Source: a plasmid
DNA: 64,000 bases
Sequence record: NZ_CP118918.1
Strand: one strand, 5' to 3'
Made by a program: the position numbers and the translations under genes. Numbering within the stretch: position 1 is the stretch's first letter; each line of letters starts with the position of its first letter. Below, in pieces: positions 55,393 to 64,000 of this stretch. Below the pieces are notes generated by a model, which saw nothing but the letters and a program-made list of their open reading frames with translations, was not told where the DNA came from and did not search any database.

Positions 55393-55843
55393 CGACGCTC
55401 CTTGGGTCTCGAGTTGGGCGATGAATTCTCTTGGTGGCCACAACCGGTATGACCTGTCGATCAGCTTCGCCACCTCCTCCCGATCAGGGTTCGAGTCACT
55501 GCCGTCGCCGCAGATCCAGGCCCAACCAACAAAGGGACTCGGGTACATCAGGCAGAGGAACTTGCTGTCCTGGCTCATGCGGCCGCTCGGTCGGATCAAG
55601 GGGGAGTGGCCGTGGCGGACCATCTCGCCCGCCGACTGCTTGGAATGTCGCCCTACAGACCAAGCTCTCGGGGCGTGGAACATCGGCCTGCCGTGCGAGA
55701 TCTTATCGAGTGGCCCGGGGAAGCTCCGAGCGATTCGCCGCACGTCCTATCGGGCGGCAGCCGTATCGAGCAAGCCGCTGCTCGATCGTCCGCCCTATGC
55801 CCGAAGCCGCGCCGGTGATGACCGCAGTGTGGCGGCGAGCGGA

Positions 55844-56830
55844 TCAGGCCTCTGATGGTGCACCGCTTCTCCGTTTCTGGATGGTCGAGCTGAAGGTGCC
55901 TGGGGCGGCCGCAGCCTGGACATCGCCGCGCACTTGCGGCGGCAGGTCGGTGGTGCCCGCCTGGTCGGCGACGGCGTCAACGAGCTGCGGCCAGAACGCA
56001 GGAGGGTAGTCGTGGCCCAGTCCGGGTACGACCCACAGTCGCGAATGCCCGATGGCCCGGTGGGTGGCCCGGCCGCCCGATGTGGCGACCATCCGGTCGC
56101 GGTCTCCGTGGATCACCAGTGTCGGCGCGATTATGCGAGCGAGTTCGGCAGTGCGGTCGCCGGTGGCCAGTATCGCCGCAAGCTGCCGGGAGGCTCCGTC
56201 GGGGCTCGGGTCGCGGCGCCAGGCCGCAGCGGCGTGGTCGCGTATCCAGGCTTCGTCCTGCGGGAAGCCAACGGAGCCGATGTGAGCGTACGTCGCGACA
56301 TCGGCGTCGGCGGCCTCGTGGGCCGAGGACGGTGGCGAGGCGAGCATCCTCAACCAGGTCGACCAGGCGGGCCGTCCGATGCGCGGCGCACCGGTGGTGG
56401 AGAACATGGAGGTCAGGCTGGCCACTCGCTGCGGCCACCGGCTGGCAACGACCTGCGCGATCATGCCGCCCATCGACGCGCCGAAGACATGGGCCCGTTC
56501 AATCGCCAGCGCGTCCAGCAGCCCTACGGTGTCGCGGGCCAGGTGGTGGAGACCATAGGTATCGCTGGGGTAGCGACCGGTGAGCATGGCCAGCAGCCCG
56601 GGGGGCTTCGCGCTCGCGTGAGTCGACCGGCCGCTGTCGCGGTTATCGAAGCGAATCACCCGAAAACCGCGCCCGGCCAGTGCCTCGCACAGCGGTAACG
56701 GCCAGGACAGCAGTTGCTGGCCCAGTCCGGCGACGAGCAGCAGTGGCGTCGCATCGGCGTCACCGATCTGCTCGAAGCACAACGTGATCCCTTGGCCGAC
56801 ATCGGCGAACTCCTCACGGGGGTCGGTCAT
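55844..56830 (-). CDS. Alpha/beta-fold hydrolase
   Basis: The ATG at 56830 overlaps the upstream P450 stop. HGxxG-like segment and the nucleophile elbow GASMGG. Confidence 0.7.
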   Translation of the reverse strand: MTDPREEFADVGQGITLCFEQIGDADATPLLLVAGLGQQLLSWPLPLCEALAGRGFRVIRFDNRDSGRSTHASAKPPGLLAMLTGRYPSDTYGLHHLARDTVGLLDALAIERAHVFGASMGGMIAQVVASRWPQRVASLTSMFSTTGAPRIGRPAWSTWLRMLASPPSSAHEAADADVATYAHIGSVGFPQDEAWIRDHAAAAWRRDPSPDGASRQLAAILATGDRTAELARIIAPTLVIHGDRDRMVATSGGRATHRAIGHSRLWVVPGLGHDYPPAFWPQLVDAVADQAGTTDLPPQVRGDVQAAAAPGTFSSTIQKRRSGAPSEA

Positions 56831-58194
56831 CACGCCACGACCTCGCCGACCGCGGCGTCGACCCTGCCGACGACCTGCGGCACAGTGCGGCGATGCCAGA
56901 CGGCCCGGCCACCGTCGCCCGGGGTCCAGGCCACACCCCGGGAGCGCCACTTCTCGTCCGGGGCTGTCGTGGGGGACAGCTCATAGTCCTGCAGCAAGGT
57001 GCGCAACACGACGTTCATCTCCATGTCGGCGAAGGCGGCACCGATGCACCGGCGGGTGCCACCACCAAACGGAATCCAGGAGTACATACCGGGTTTGGCG
57101 CCAATGAACCGGTCGGGGTGGAACGTCATGGGGTCAGGGAAAACGTTCTCGTCGAGCTGTACCTGGTCGAGCGCGACCACAATCTGGTAGCCCGGCGGGA
57201 TCACCCACTGGCCCAGTTGCAGGGGCTCCCCGGCGATCATCCGCGCGACCTCGGTAACAACCGGCCGGGTGCGCTGGACCTCGAGCACCGTGGCTGCCAA
57301 CAGCTCGGTTCCACCTCGATCGATCTCCTCGACGAGTCGGTCGAGGAGCGCAGGATGGCGTCGCAGGCGTTCGACGGCCCAGGCAAGTGTGTTGGCCGTG
57401 GTCTCGTGCCCTGCGCCGAGCAGGGTGAAAAGCTCATCGGCGATCTCGGTGTCGGTCATCGCTTCGCCGTCCTCGTAGGTGCTCTGCACCAGCATGGCCA
57501 GGACGTCGTCGCGTTCGGACAGCGTCGGATCGGCGCGCGTGGCCGCGATGAGGTCGAGCACCACTGCGTCATACTCGGCACGCATCGAGCGGAATCGTGC
57601 CCAAGCCCCCCATCTGCGGTCGGGGTCGGCGAACGGTGAGGCGGTCAGCTTGGCTCCGAGTTCCACCATCGGCGGCATGATGCGTCGCAACTGCTCCAGG
57701 TGTGCGCCTTCGGCGCCGAGGACGGCGCGCAGGATGATGTTGAGCGTCAAGCGCATGAATGGCTCGGCGGACTCCATCTCCTCGCCCATCCGCCACGTCG
57801 TGGCCTCGCGGCGGGTCTCCTCGATCATGAGCTGCTCGTGGGCCCTCATCTGTCTGCCGTGGAAGGGCGGTACCAGGAGCTTGCGTCGGCGTCGGTGCGC
57901 TTCGCCCTCCAGTGCGAACGTCGACCCGGGCCCGAGGACGTTGCCGAGGTTGGGGACCCCGTTACCGGCGATCTCAGTACTGGCGGTGAAGAGTTCCTTG
58001 GTCAGATCGGCGGTGGTCAACACGACGCAGCGCCCGTAGGGCGCCATCTTCATGGTGAAGGTCGACCCGTGGCGGCACTGAAGTCCGGTCAGAAGACGTC
58101 TGCGGAAATAGATCCAGCCGGCGAGCAAAACCGGGCCGGGGAGCCTGGTCGCCTCCGGTAGGCGGGCCGCCGAGGGGGTAGTGAGCGAGTTCAT
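56830..58194 (-). CDS. Cytochrome P450
   Basis: The ATG at 58194 gives about 454 aa. AGHETT I-helix. EXXR. Heme loop FGGGTRRCIGAAFA. Confidence 0.85.
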   Translation of the reverse strand: MNSLTTPSAARLPEATRLPGPVLLAGWIYFRRRLLTGLQCRHGSTFTMKMAPYGRCVVLTTADLTKELFTASTEIAGNGVPNLGNVLGPGSTFALEGEAHRRRRKLLVPPFHGRQMRAHEQLMIEETRREATTWRMGEEMESAEPFMRLTLNIILRAVLGAEGAHLEQLRRIMPPMVELGAKLTASPFADPDRRWGAWARFRSMRAEYDAVVLDLIAATRADPTLSERDDVLAMLVQSTYEDGEAMTDTEIADELFTLLGAGHETTANTLAWAVERLRRHPALLDRLVEEIDRGGTELLAATVLEVQRTRPVVTEVARMIAGEPLQLGQWVIPPGYQIVVALDQVQLDENVFPDPMTFHPDRFIGAKPGMYSWIPFGGGTRRCIGAAFADMEMNVVLRTLLQDYELSPTTAPDEKWRSRGVAWTPGDGGRAVWHRRTVPQVVGRVDAAVGEVVA

Positions 58195-58401
58195 GTCTTC
58201 TCTCCCTTTCGACGTCGGGTACTTAACAGTACCCTCCGTACCGTACAGCGATGTGAGTGCCACCACAATGTTCGGTGGGTGCAAAGCCGGGGCGAAGAGA
58301 ATCCTGACCGGCAATCACCATCGAATCCGGTCGAGGTGGTGGCTGTCGTCCCGAGATTCCTTCGCCTGCGCCGCCCTAACTCTCGGAGTGAAACGGACCG
58401 C

Positions 58402-59184
58402 TTAGGCGCGAAGACGCACTCTGTCGGCAGCGAATTGCGCTGCTTCGGTGGTCATCCCAGCTGTGCGATATGCGCTGTGGGCGGAGCGTTCAAAGCCGTC
58501 TGGCGAGCACACCGGGTCCCCAACCATACAGAGGTCGATGGTCCGGTCGGCATACCGCGAGCCGATGGTAATGGGTGGGGCTGTTTGGACGAGCATGTGC
58601 ACAAAGCCTTGCGTGGGTTTGCCGAACAACACTACGGCGGCGACATGATCGGCGATCTCGGGTGGTAGCGGGCCCGTAATTCCGGGCGGCAGAGCGTATC
58701 CCGGCGGAACGACGTCGGTGGTGGTGTAGGCCGCCACGGCGGCTCCCTGTGAGTACCCGCCGAGCACGATCTGCGTTTCCGGGCATTGCGCGGCGATCGC
58801 CGCAACTCTGGTGCTCGCGTCGGCAACCCCGTCGGCCGCCCGGGGAAAATCAAGGGAGGCAGGATAATTCACGGGGTAGAGATCTACGGACTCATCGGGC
58901 AGATGGGCGCGCAGTGCGTCGACGAACGCTTGTCCTGTTTGCCCGGGTCCTGGCGCTTCGAAGGTGCCGCGAGCGAAGACCACCTCGACTCCTGGGCAGG
59001 GGTCGGCGGACGCCGCGGGGATGAGTGTCAACGACGACGCGAGGGCCGTCAGGGCTACCGTTAGCAGAAGGGGTAGGCGGCGTCGTCCGGCGTACGTCAA
59101 CGTTCCGGCCTTTTTGTCGGCGATGGTGGGATGCGAAGTCGATCGGAATCTACGTTGTCCAGACCTCAGGCGGGTGTCATGCAT
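58402..59184 (-). CDS. Cutinase-family secreted serine esterase
   Basis: Signal peptide. DPCPGVEVVFARGT and the GYSQGAAV nucleophile motif. C-terminal Cys pair. Confidence 0.8.
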   Translation of the reverse strand: MHDTRLRSGQRRFRSTSHPTIADKKAGTLTYAGRRRLPLLLTVALTALASSLTLIPAASADPCPGVEVVFARGTFEAPGPGQTGQAFVDALRAHLPDESVDLYPVNYPASLDFPRAADGVADASTRVAAIAAQCPETQIVLGGYSQGAAVAAYTTTDVVPPGYALPPGITGPLPPEIADHVAAVVLFGKPTQGFVHMLVQTAPPITIGSRYADRTIDLCMVGDPVCSPDGFERSAHSAYRTAGMTTEAAQFAADRVRLRA

Positions 59185-59405
59185 GTTGGTTCTCCAGTGG
59201 GAGTTCGAATGTGAGCTGAGGGGATCGCGAGCGCCACGAGACTGCGGTTGGTCGGCGCATGATTCATGGCATCACGATCGGATTGGTGGGCTGTGAAGGG
59301 TCTTGGCGTCGGCGTCGGCCAACCCCGGAGCGCCAGCTGGTGATCGCGGTTACCGCAACCGAGACAAGGGTCTGAGCGCCTGCACCTCAAGGGTAAGCAG
59401 CGGGC

Positions 59406-60716
59406 TCACTCTCCGCCGTCGTCGACGACGTTCTGCACGTCCTCTGGGGTCAGGAGTTGTCGCGTGGCGGCCGCGCGAGCTGCTGCCAGGTCAGGATTGT
59501 CGGAACTGGCGAAATCGATGGCCAGGGATCCGTTGAAGGTGGTGATGTACGCGCTTTCTGTCATGTGCAGGCCGGGGATGTCGAGTCCCTGTGGCGACTG
59601 CCATTGTTGATAGGATGCTGGGTGAAAATCGATGAGCGAAACGCTCGGCGGGGTAACGAGTTCGGGTATCCGCCCCCAGTTGGTGCTGCTCAGTGTTTCC
59701 CCGGGAGTCAGCACTGCGGGCAGTTCGGGGAACTCGTCATTGGATAGTGCCGCCACTAGTCCCAAGAGCTCGGCGATCATGCCTCGGTCCAGATCCGCTG
59801 CGAGCTTGGTATTGAGTTTGCGGGCCATCTCGTACATTCCGTCCCCAGCGACATCGGCCCCTGTCGCAAACACCGGGGCTATCACATTCGTGCCCTCGGT
59901 GAGTCCCACCGGCGGGTTCAGACGTGAGCGTAGGTCGACGGTGTACATGTAGGCGATCTCGCCCATGTCGACGGAACGTACCTGTGCTTCGGCGAGAATC
60001 AATGCGGCCGAGATGACGCCATTCACGGTCGTGTGCTGCGACCGGGCGTTGGAGATGAGCTGTGTTGTCTGCGCCGGCGTCAGCCGCAGCCGGATGAACT
60101 CGGCGGACGCAGCGTCGTTCGCGACGGTGGTGTCGCTGATGTCACTGCAGGGCGACGGAACTGAGCCCGACGATGTAGCGTCAAGATAACCGCGTGCCAG
60201 CAGCAGGGCCTCGGCCGACTCAGGGTACGGGTGGGGAGCTACAGCCGGGGATGGGCGTCCGGCAACGATATCGGTGTACATCGACCACAGCTGAGTGAGA
60301 AGGACCAGAGAATGCTGCCCGTCAGCCACGCTGTGGTGGGTGAAGAAGGCGACAGTAGTATCGCCTTCTCCTTCGGCGATGTGCACGGCGCACACTTGGT
60401 CTTGCTGGCGCATCGTCAAGCCACGCAGAGGCGGTGAGCCGCGCCCCGAGGTGACGGTCACGTAGGTGGGGTCAGCATCGTCTCTTTCTGCGGTGATAGC
60501 GTGCCGCCCGGTGCCCAGTGGGACTATTCGGGTGGCGAGCACTGGATAACACGATCGCAGTTGGGCAAGGGCGCGCGTCATCGCCGCGACATCGATATGC
60601 CCAGTTGCACGAACGCAGTATCCGACGAAGCTGCCAAAGCTGGCGTACACCTCCTCGCTCAGGTCCAGCGGACGAATCAGCGATTGGGTCGCTGCTGTCG
60701 CGCGGTGATCTGCCAT
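59406..60716 (-). CDS. Condensation-domain-type acyltransferase (PapA5-like)
   Basis: The ATG at 60716 gives about 436 aa with the HHxxxDG motif (FFTHHSVADGQHS) at the expected position. Confidence 0.65.
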   Translation of the reverse strand: MADHRATAATQSLIRPLDLSEEVYASFGSFVGYCVRATGHIDVAAMTRALAQLRSCYPVLATRIVPLGTGRHAITAERDDADPTYVTVTSGRGSPPLRGLTMRQQDQVCAVHIAEGEGDTTVAFFTHHSVADGQHSLVLLTQLWSMYTDIVAGRPSPAVAPHPYPESAEALLLARGYLDATSSGSVPSPCSDISDTTVANDAASAEFIRLRLTPAQTTQLISNARSQHTTVNGVISAALILAEAQVRSVDMGEIAYMYTVDLRSRLNPPVGLTEGTNVIAPVFATGADVAGDGMYEMARKLNTKLAADLDRGMIAELLGLVAALSNDEFPELPAVLTPGETLSSTNWGRIPELVTPPSVSLIDFHPASYQQWQSPQGLDIPGLHMTESAYITTFNGSLAIDFASSDNPDLAAARAAATRQLLTPEDVQNVVDDGGE

Positions 60717-60819
60717 TTTGAAAGTCCCTCTCGATTCATTGCGGATCCAACTTCGACCCACAATATCTGGGTCATGTGACCCGGGGTCACATGACCCAAC
60801 TTAGAGGTAGGCTGATCAG

Positions 60820-61488
60820 GTGTCAAAGAGTCTCCGATCACAGCGCGCCCTCGAACGTCGTCAGCAGCTCATCAACGCGGCGATAGAGGTGATCGCCGAC
60901 GTGGGGTTGGAAGCGACGACCACCCGCAAGGTGGCCGAGCAATCCGGCCTCCCGTTAAGTTCGGTGCACCACACGTTCACGGACAAAGACGAATTGATCT
61001 GCGCAGTCATAGATTTCGTTGGCGACCAAGTCGAAGCGCTGCGGCGCGATGCGCAACACCCGCAGGCTCGGAAACATTCGACACCCGAGAACGCGGTGCG
61101 CGAGGCGCTGTTTGTCTTCTGGAGCCTCGTCGAAGACGATCCGTCCTTCCAGCTGATGCAATTTGAGCTCATGATCTACTGTTTGCGCCACCCTGACTCG
61201 CACTGGATGGCGCAACGGCAGTACGACCGCAACTGCGCTCTTGTCGCCAATGCGTTGAGGACAGCGGTCGAGGGTACGGTCGCCGCGGGCGGTATTGACA
61301 TCGAGCAGACCGCTCGGCTGATCTTGGCTGCCCTGGACGGTATCGTGCTGCATTTCCTTGTGTATAGAGATCGCGAACGGGCCAAGATCGCGCTGGAGAG
61401 CCTAGCGAGTGCTTGTAGCCCGTACCTCACCGGGGGCCCGGGCTCGTACCGAGGTCCCAGATCGCTCCCAGCCACGCTGCGATTCTGA
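60820..61488 (+). CDS. TetR-family transcriptional regulator
   Basis: 222 aa. HTH: GLEATTTRKVAEQSGLPLSSVHHTF. Confidence 0.8.
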   Translation: MSKSLRSQRALERRQQLINAAIEVIADVGLEATTTRKVAEQSGLPLSSVHHTFTDKDELICAVIDFVGDQVEALRRDAQHPQARKHSTPENAVREALFVFWSLVEDDPSFQLMQFELMIYCLRHPDSHWMAQRQYDRNCALVANALRTAVEGTVAAGGIDIEQTARLILAALDGIVLHFLVYRDRERAKIALESLASACSPYLTGGPGSYRGPRSLPATLRF

Positions 61489-61504
61489 CCCTCGGAAAGG
61501 GTGA

Positions 61505-62616
61505 CTATCGCGAATCCTCCGGCGTAGACAGCACCGTGCCCTCGGGAGGCCGGGCTGTGCTGTCGCCCGCGACGAGGCGGAGTCGGCTCGTCACCTCGAT
61601 GGCCGCCGAAGGTTCGAGTGCGTCTTGGCCGGTGATGATGAGTTGCACCATGTACCTCGCACTGAATTCGAGATCGTGGCCGGCATCGCGGATCGCGCCA
61701 CGCAAATCGACTGTGCCGTAAGCAGAATCGCCATACCACTCACGCCCACCACCACTGGTGGTGGTGTCCTCGGTCAGGAACTGCTCGGCGACCGCGGCAT
61801 CGGAATTCTCGGTTCCGGCGGCCATGGTCAACGCCTCATCGGTGATGATCCCAGTCTCGGGTTCGGCCACCACATGCGCCCGACACCCATCCCGGTGTGC
61901 CTCAGGTGACTTACGGGTATGGCGGGCGTCGGGGTCGACCTGGGAGATCACCCCGTCCGGGGCGACCCGACGGGCCGATACGCCACCGCCCGTCGGTGCC
62001 GTCTGAGCCTTCAGCTGGTTCGACATCTTGGCCAACGCCGCCGCCACCATCTCCTCGGCAGCGATCTGCTCGTCAATCCCGGCCAGTGCCTCCAACAGGG
62101 CGTTCGCATCGTTGACCAGCGCCGAGACCAACGCGTCCTTGGCGCCGGGTTCCTCCCAGTCGATCTGAGGCTTCCCCGCACGGCTGTAGTCATGCCCGGT
62201 GCACACCGCCGCGATGGCCTCGCTGCCCCCGGGTACCACCCGCCCGACCCGGCGGATCGCCAAAATCAGCTGGGTGATGGTGTCCTGGGTGGCCACCGCG
62301 TCAGCCAGAATCGTGGAATCCACCGCCCGCCTACGCCGACCAGTCATCACCCCGGTCTGTGTGATCACCGCGCGTACCGCGTCGTTGATCCGCTGCGGCC
62401 GCTCCGATTTCGCCAGTCGTTGCGCCAGTACACCAGCGTCGACGGATCAAACCCCTTGTCGTCCAACGCCATCCCGGTAGCGACCTTCCACCGCAGATCA
62501 CACCGGACCGCCTCAGCGGTCTCGCGATCCGACAGGTCCTGCAACGTCTGCAACACCAGAACCGAGGCCATCACCGACGCCGGGATCGACGGCCGTCCCC
62601 TACCCGAAGTAAACAT
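61505..62616 (-). pseudogene. IS1182/IS5-like DDE transposase remnant, frameshifted and 3'-truncated
   Basis: The N-terminus matches a transposase_InsH_N-like block (GRPSIPASVMASVLVLQTLQDLSDRETAEAVRCDLRWKVATG). A frame change occurs at about 62365. The DDE region (DSTILADA...DPDARHTRK...DSAYGT) ends without the final E region. Confidence 0.55.
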
Positions 62617-63125
62617 GGCTGATCATCGCCTGGACTTGTTCGGCGACGGTGAGCTCGAGGATCCTGGTGGGTCATTTGGTGGCGCCGGGCAGTATGTTCG
62701 CGTTTTTGGTTTGTGCAGGGTGCGGAGCGGCCGGATCGGGAGTTGTTGGACGCGTAGCCTATTATCCCAGCTCACACCAACCCCACCACGAAGGCACGCC
62801 GATTATTCAGCGGCCTCCCAGATGCCGCGATGCTGACACTCCTCTGGCGCGCAGTTGTTGCATCAAACGCAATTCTTCCCATTTCTGACAGCAGATCGAA
62901 CGGTGAATGCCACACGTCTGGCAGTGCTGCGTTCCGATCAGCACACGTCCGGCGCCACCCCGTAGTGGATGCCCATTTACGCAGTACAGAGGGGGCGGCG
63001 GCTCCTCCCAGCCATGCCGCGTTCGACGCAACTCCATCCTCGCCATGCCCTAAGTTCCGGGATCGCTGGACCGAAGAGACCAAACAGCCCTGTAGATACA
63101 GTTGTCTACAGTTTATTCTGGGATC

Positions 63126-63362
63126 ATGTCTACACCTACAACAACGATCCGCGTACCGGTTACCACTCGTGATCGCCTCAATGCACAAGCCCGCGACCGC
63201 GGCATCTCCGTCGTCGCACTCCTCGACGAATGGTCCCACCGCGCCGAAAGGGACGCCGCCTTCGCCGAGGAACGCGCCGCCACCCGCGCAGAAGCCGCCA
63301 ACCCAGCCGTCATCGAGGAGGACCGCGACTGGGAACAGGCCGACGCCGATGGAATCGACTAA
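63126..63362 (+). CDS. Putative antitoxin of a MazEF-like pair
   Basis: About 78 aa with an RHH-like N-terminus ([27 protein letters not shown]). Its stop overlaps the MazF-like start. Confidence 0.55.
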   Translation: MSTPTTTIRVPVTTRDRLNAQARDRGISVVALLDEWSHRAERDAAFAEERAATRAEAANPAVIEEDRDWEQADADGID

Positions 63363-63708
63363 TCCCCGCCGGGGCGAACTGTGGCTGGTCGCCTTCGGCG
63401 CCGGCCGCCCCGGCGAACCCGCCAAACACCGGCCCGCCGTCATCGTGTCGGCTGACGAACTCCTCACCGGCGATCCAGATCCCACCGAACTCGTCGTGGT
63501 GATACCGGTGTCGAGTTCGCGCACACCGACAAGCCTCCGGCCACCGATCACCCCCGATGAAGGCGTCGACACCAACAGCGTCGCAGTCTGCCGGGCAGTC
63601 CGAGGCATCGCCCGAGGACGACTACTGCGCCACCTCGGAACGCTCAACAGACCCACGATGAGCCACATCGAGAAGTCCGTGGCCCTCATCCTCGGACTCG
63701 ACCGATGA
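63349..63708 (+). CDS. mazF: MazF/PemK-family endoribonuclease toxin
   Basis: [32 protein letters not shown]...VVVIPVSSS matches the MazF/PemK signature. The 292-aa track ORF in this frame is real only in its last 120 aa. Confidence 0.75.
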   Translation: MESTNPRRGELWLVAFGAGRPGEPAKHRPAVIVSADELLTGDPDPTELVVVIPVSSSRTPTSLRPPITPDEGVDTNSVAVCRAVRGIARGRLLRHLGTLNRPTMSHIEKSVALILGLDR

Positions 63709-64000
63709 CCCGGCCGCAAGCCCCGATGAGTTCGCGCCGAGCGCAGGTCCAGTCTCGGCGATGCCCCAGTGCCATCCTGGTAACGCTTCAAGCTGATCGC
63801 GCCGACGAGGGTGCAGCTTTCGGCGGCGCGAAGGCCGACGCATCTGGCGCACCCAGTCGCTCACATTAATGCCGTCCGGCGAGTGGTAATCAGCGGGTGG
63901 GTCGGCGTGGCCGTGCTCGGCCGCGAATGCCGCTAGCGCAGCGAAAGAGTCATCCCACGTTGATGCCTGGCGGAGATCCCACGACCAGCCTGGCACCGCT
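63622..64000 (-). CDS. Partial protein with a helicase-associated (HA) domain-like repeat; the 5' end lies outside the window
   Basis: The pattern [14 protein letters not shown]...LPGWHWG matches the HA-domain pattern G..LG.W...QR.......L...R...L..L.GF.W. Weak. Confidence 0.3.
   Translation of the reverse strand, partial: AVPGWSWDLRQASTWDDSFAALAAFAAEHGHADPPADYHSPDGINVSDWVRQMRRPSRRRKLHPRRRDQLEALPGWHWGIAETGPALGANSSGLAAGSSVESEDEGHGLLDVAHRGSVERSEVAQ

Noticed and set aside
62807-63046. The 79-aa minus-strand ORF with a CxNGH...CQTCG cluster
   Set aside because: There is no RBS, and composition is weak. It could be a relic zinc ribbon, but I cannot support it.
62830-63708. The 292-aa plus-strand ORF
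   Set aside because: Only the C-terminal 120 aa (MazF) are supported. The N-terminal part overlaps the antitoxin gene and has no coding signal.

Overview
This is high-GC actinobacterial DNA, most likely from a Mycobacterium-type conjugative plasmid or ICE. The host assignment rests on a mycolic-acid cyclopropane-synthase-family methyltransferase, a cutinase, a PapA5-like acyltransferase and a DUF2510 protein.

From 0.7 to 13.6 kb there is one long plus-strand operon with overlapping stop and start codons. It encodes type IV secretion-like conjugation proteins: several membrane proteins, a 943-aa VirB4-family ATPase and a VirB6-like polytopic membrane protein. These are followed by cargo genes: an ASCH-like protein, a degenerate Dam-like pseudo-methyltransferase, NrdH, a 402-aa unknown protein, and a canonical Dam methyltransferase truncated by an IS21 istB remnant. 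Next come an orphan Imm1-like immunity gene, a DUF2510 protein, and a 1970-aa MobF/TrwC-family relaxase-helicase on the minus strand.

From 21 to 40 kb lies a dense accessory region. It contains an HNH endonuclease, a C5-cytosine methyltransferase operon headed by a second, near-identical nrdH copy inverted relative to the first, a tandem-repeat lipoprotein, an AraC regulator, a Fic toxin with a putative antitoxin, a PAPS-reductase-like protein with a degenerate PP-loop, an XRE regulator, an SNase-like lipoprotein, a Doc/Fic-like protein with a His-to-Gln active-site change divergent from an RHH protein, and a coiled-coil protein. Two different conserved DNA motifs recur in intergenic regions here and probably define small regulons.

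From 40.8 to 43.1 kb there is an AT-richer element bounded by inverted repeats, a multiply frameshifted IS110-family transposase pseudogene and a HAD-hydrolase fragment.

The last 20 kb looks like a lipid and xenobiotic metabolism cluster: a cyclopropane synthase, a CYP102-like P450-reductase fusion, a Zn alcohol dehydrogenase, an ECF sigma factor, an EthA-like Baeyer-Villiger monooxygenase, a short-chain dehydrogenase (SDR), a paired small multidrug resistance (SMR) transporter, two TetR regulators, an acyl-CoA synthetase, a hydrolase, a second P450, a cutinase and a PapA5-like acyltransferase. It ends with an IS1182-like remnant and a mazEF-like toxin-antitoxin pair. No rRNA, tRNA or CRISPR arrays were found.
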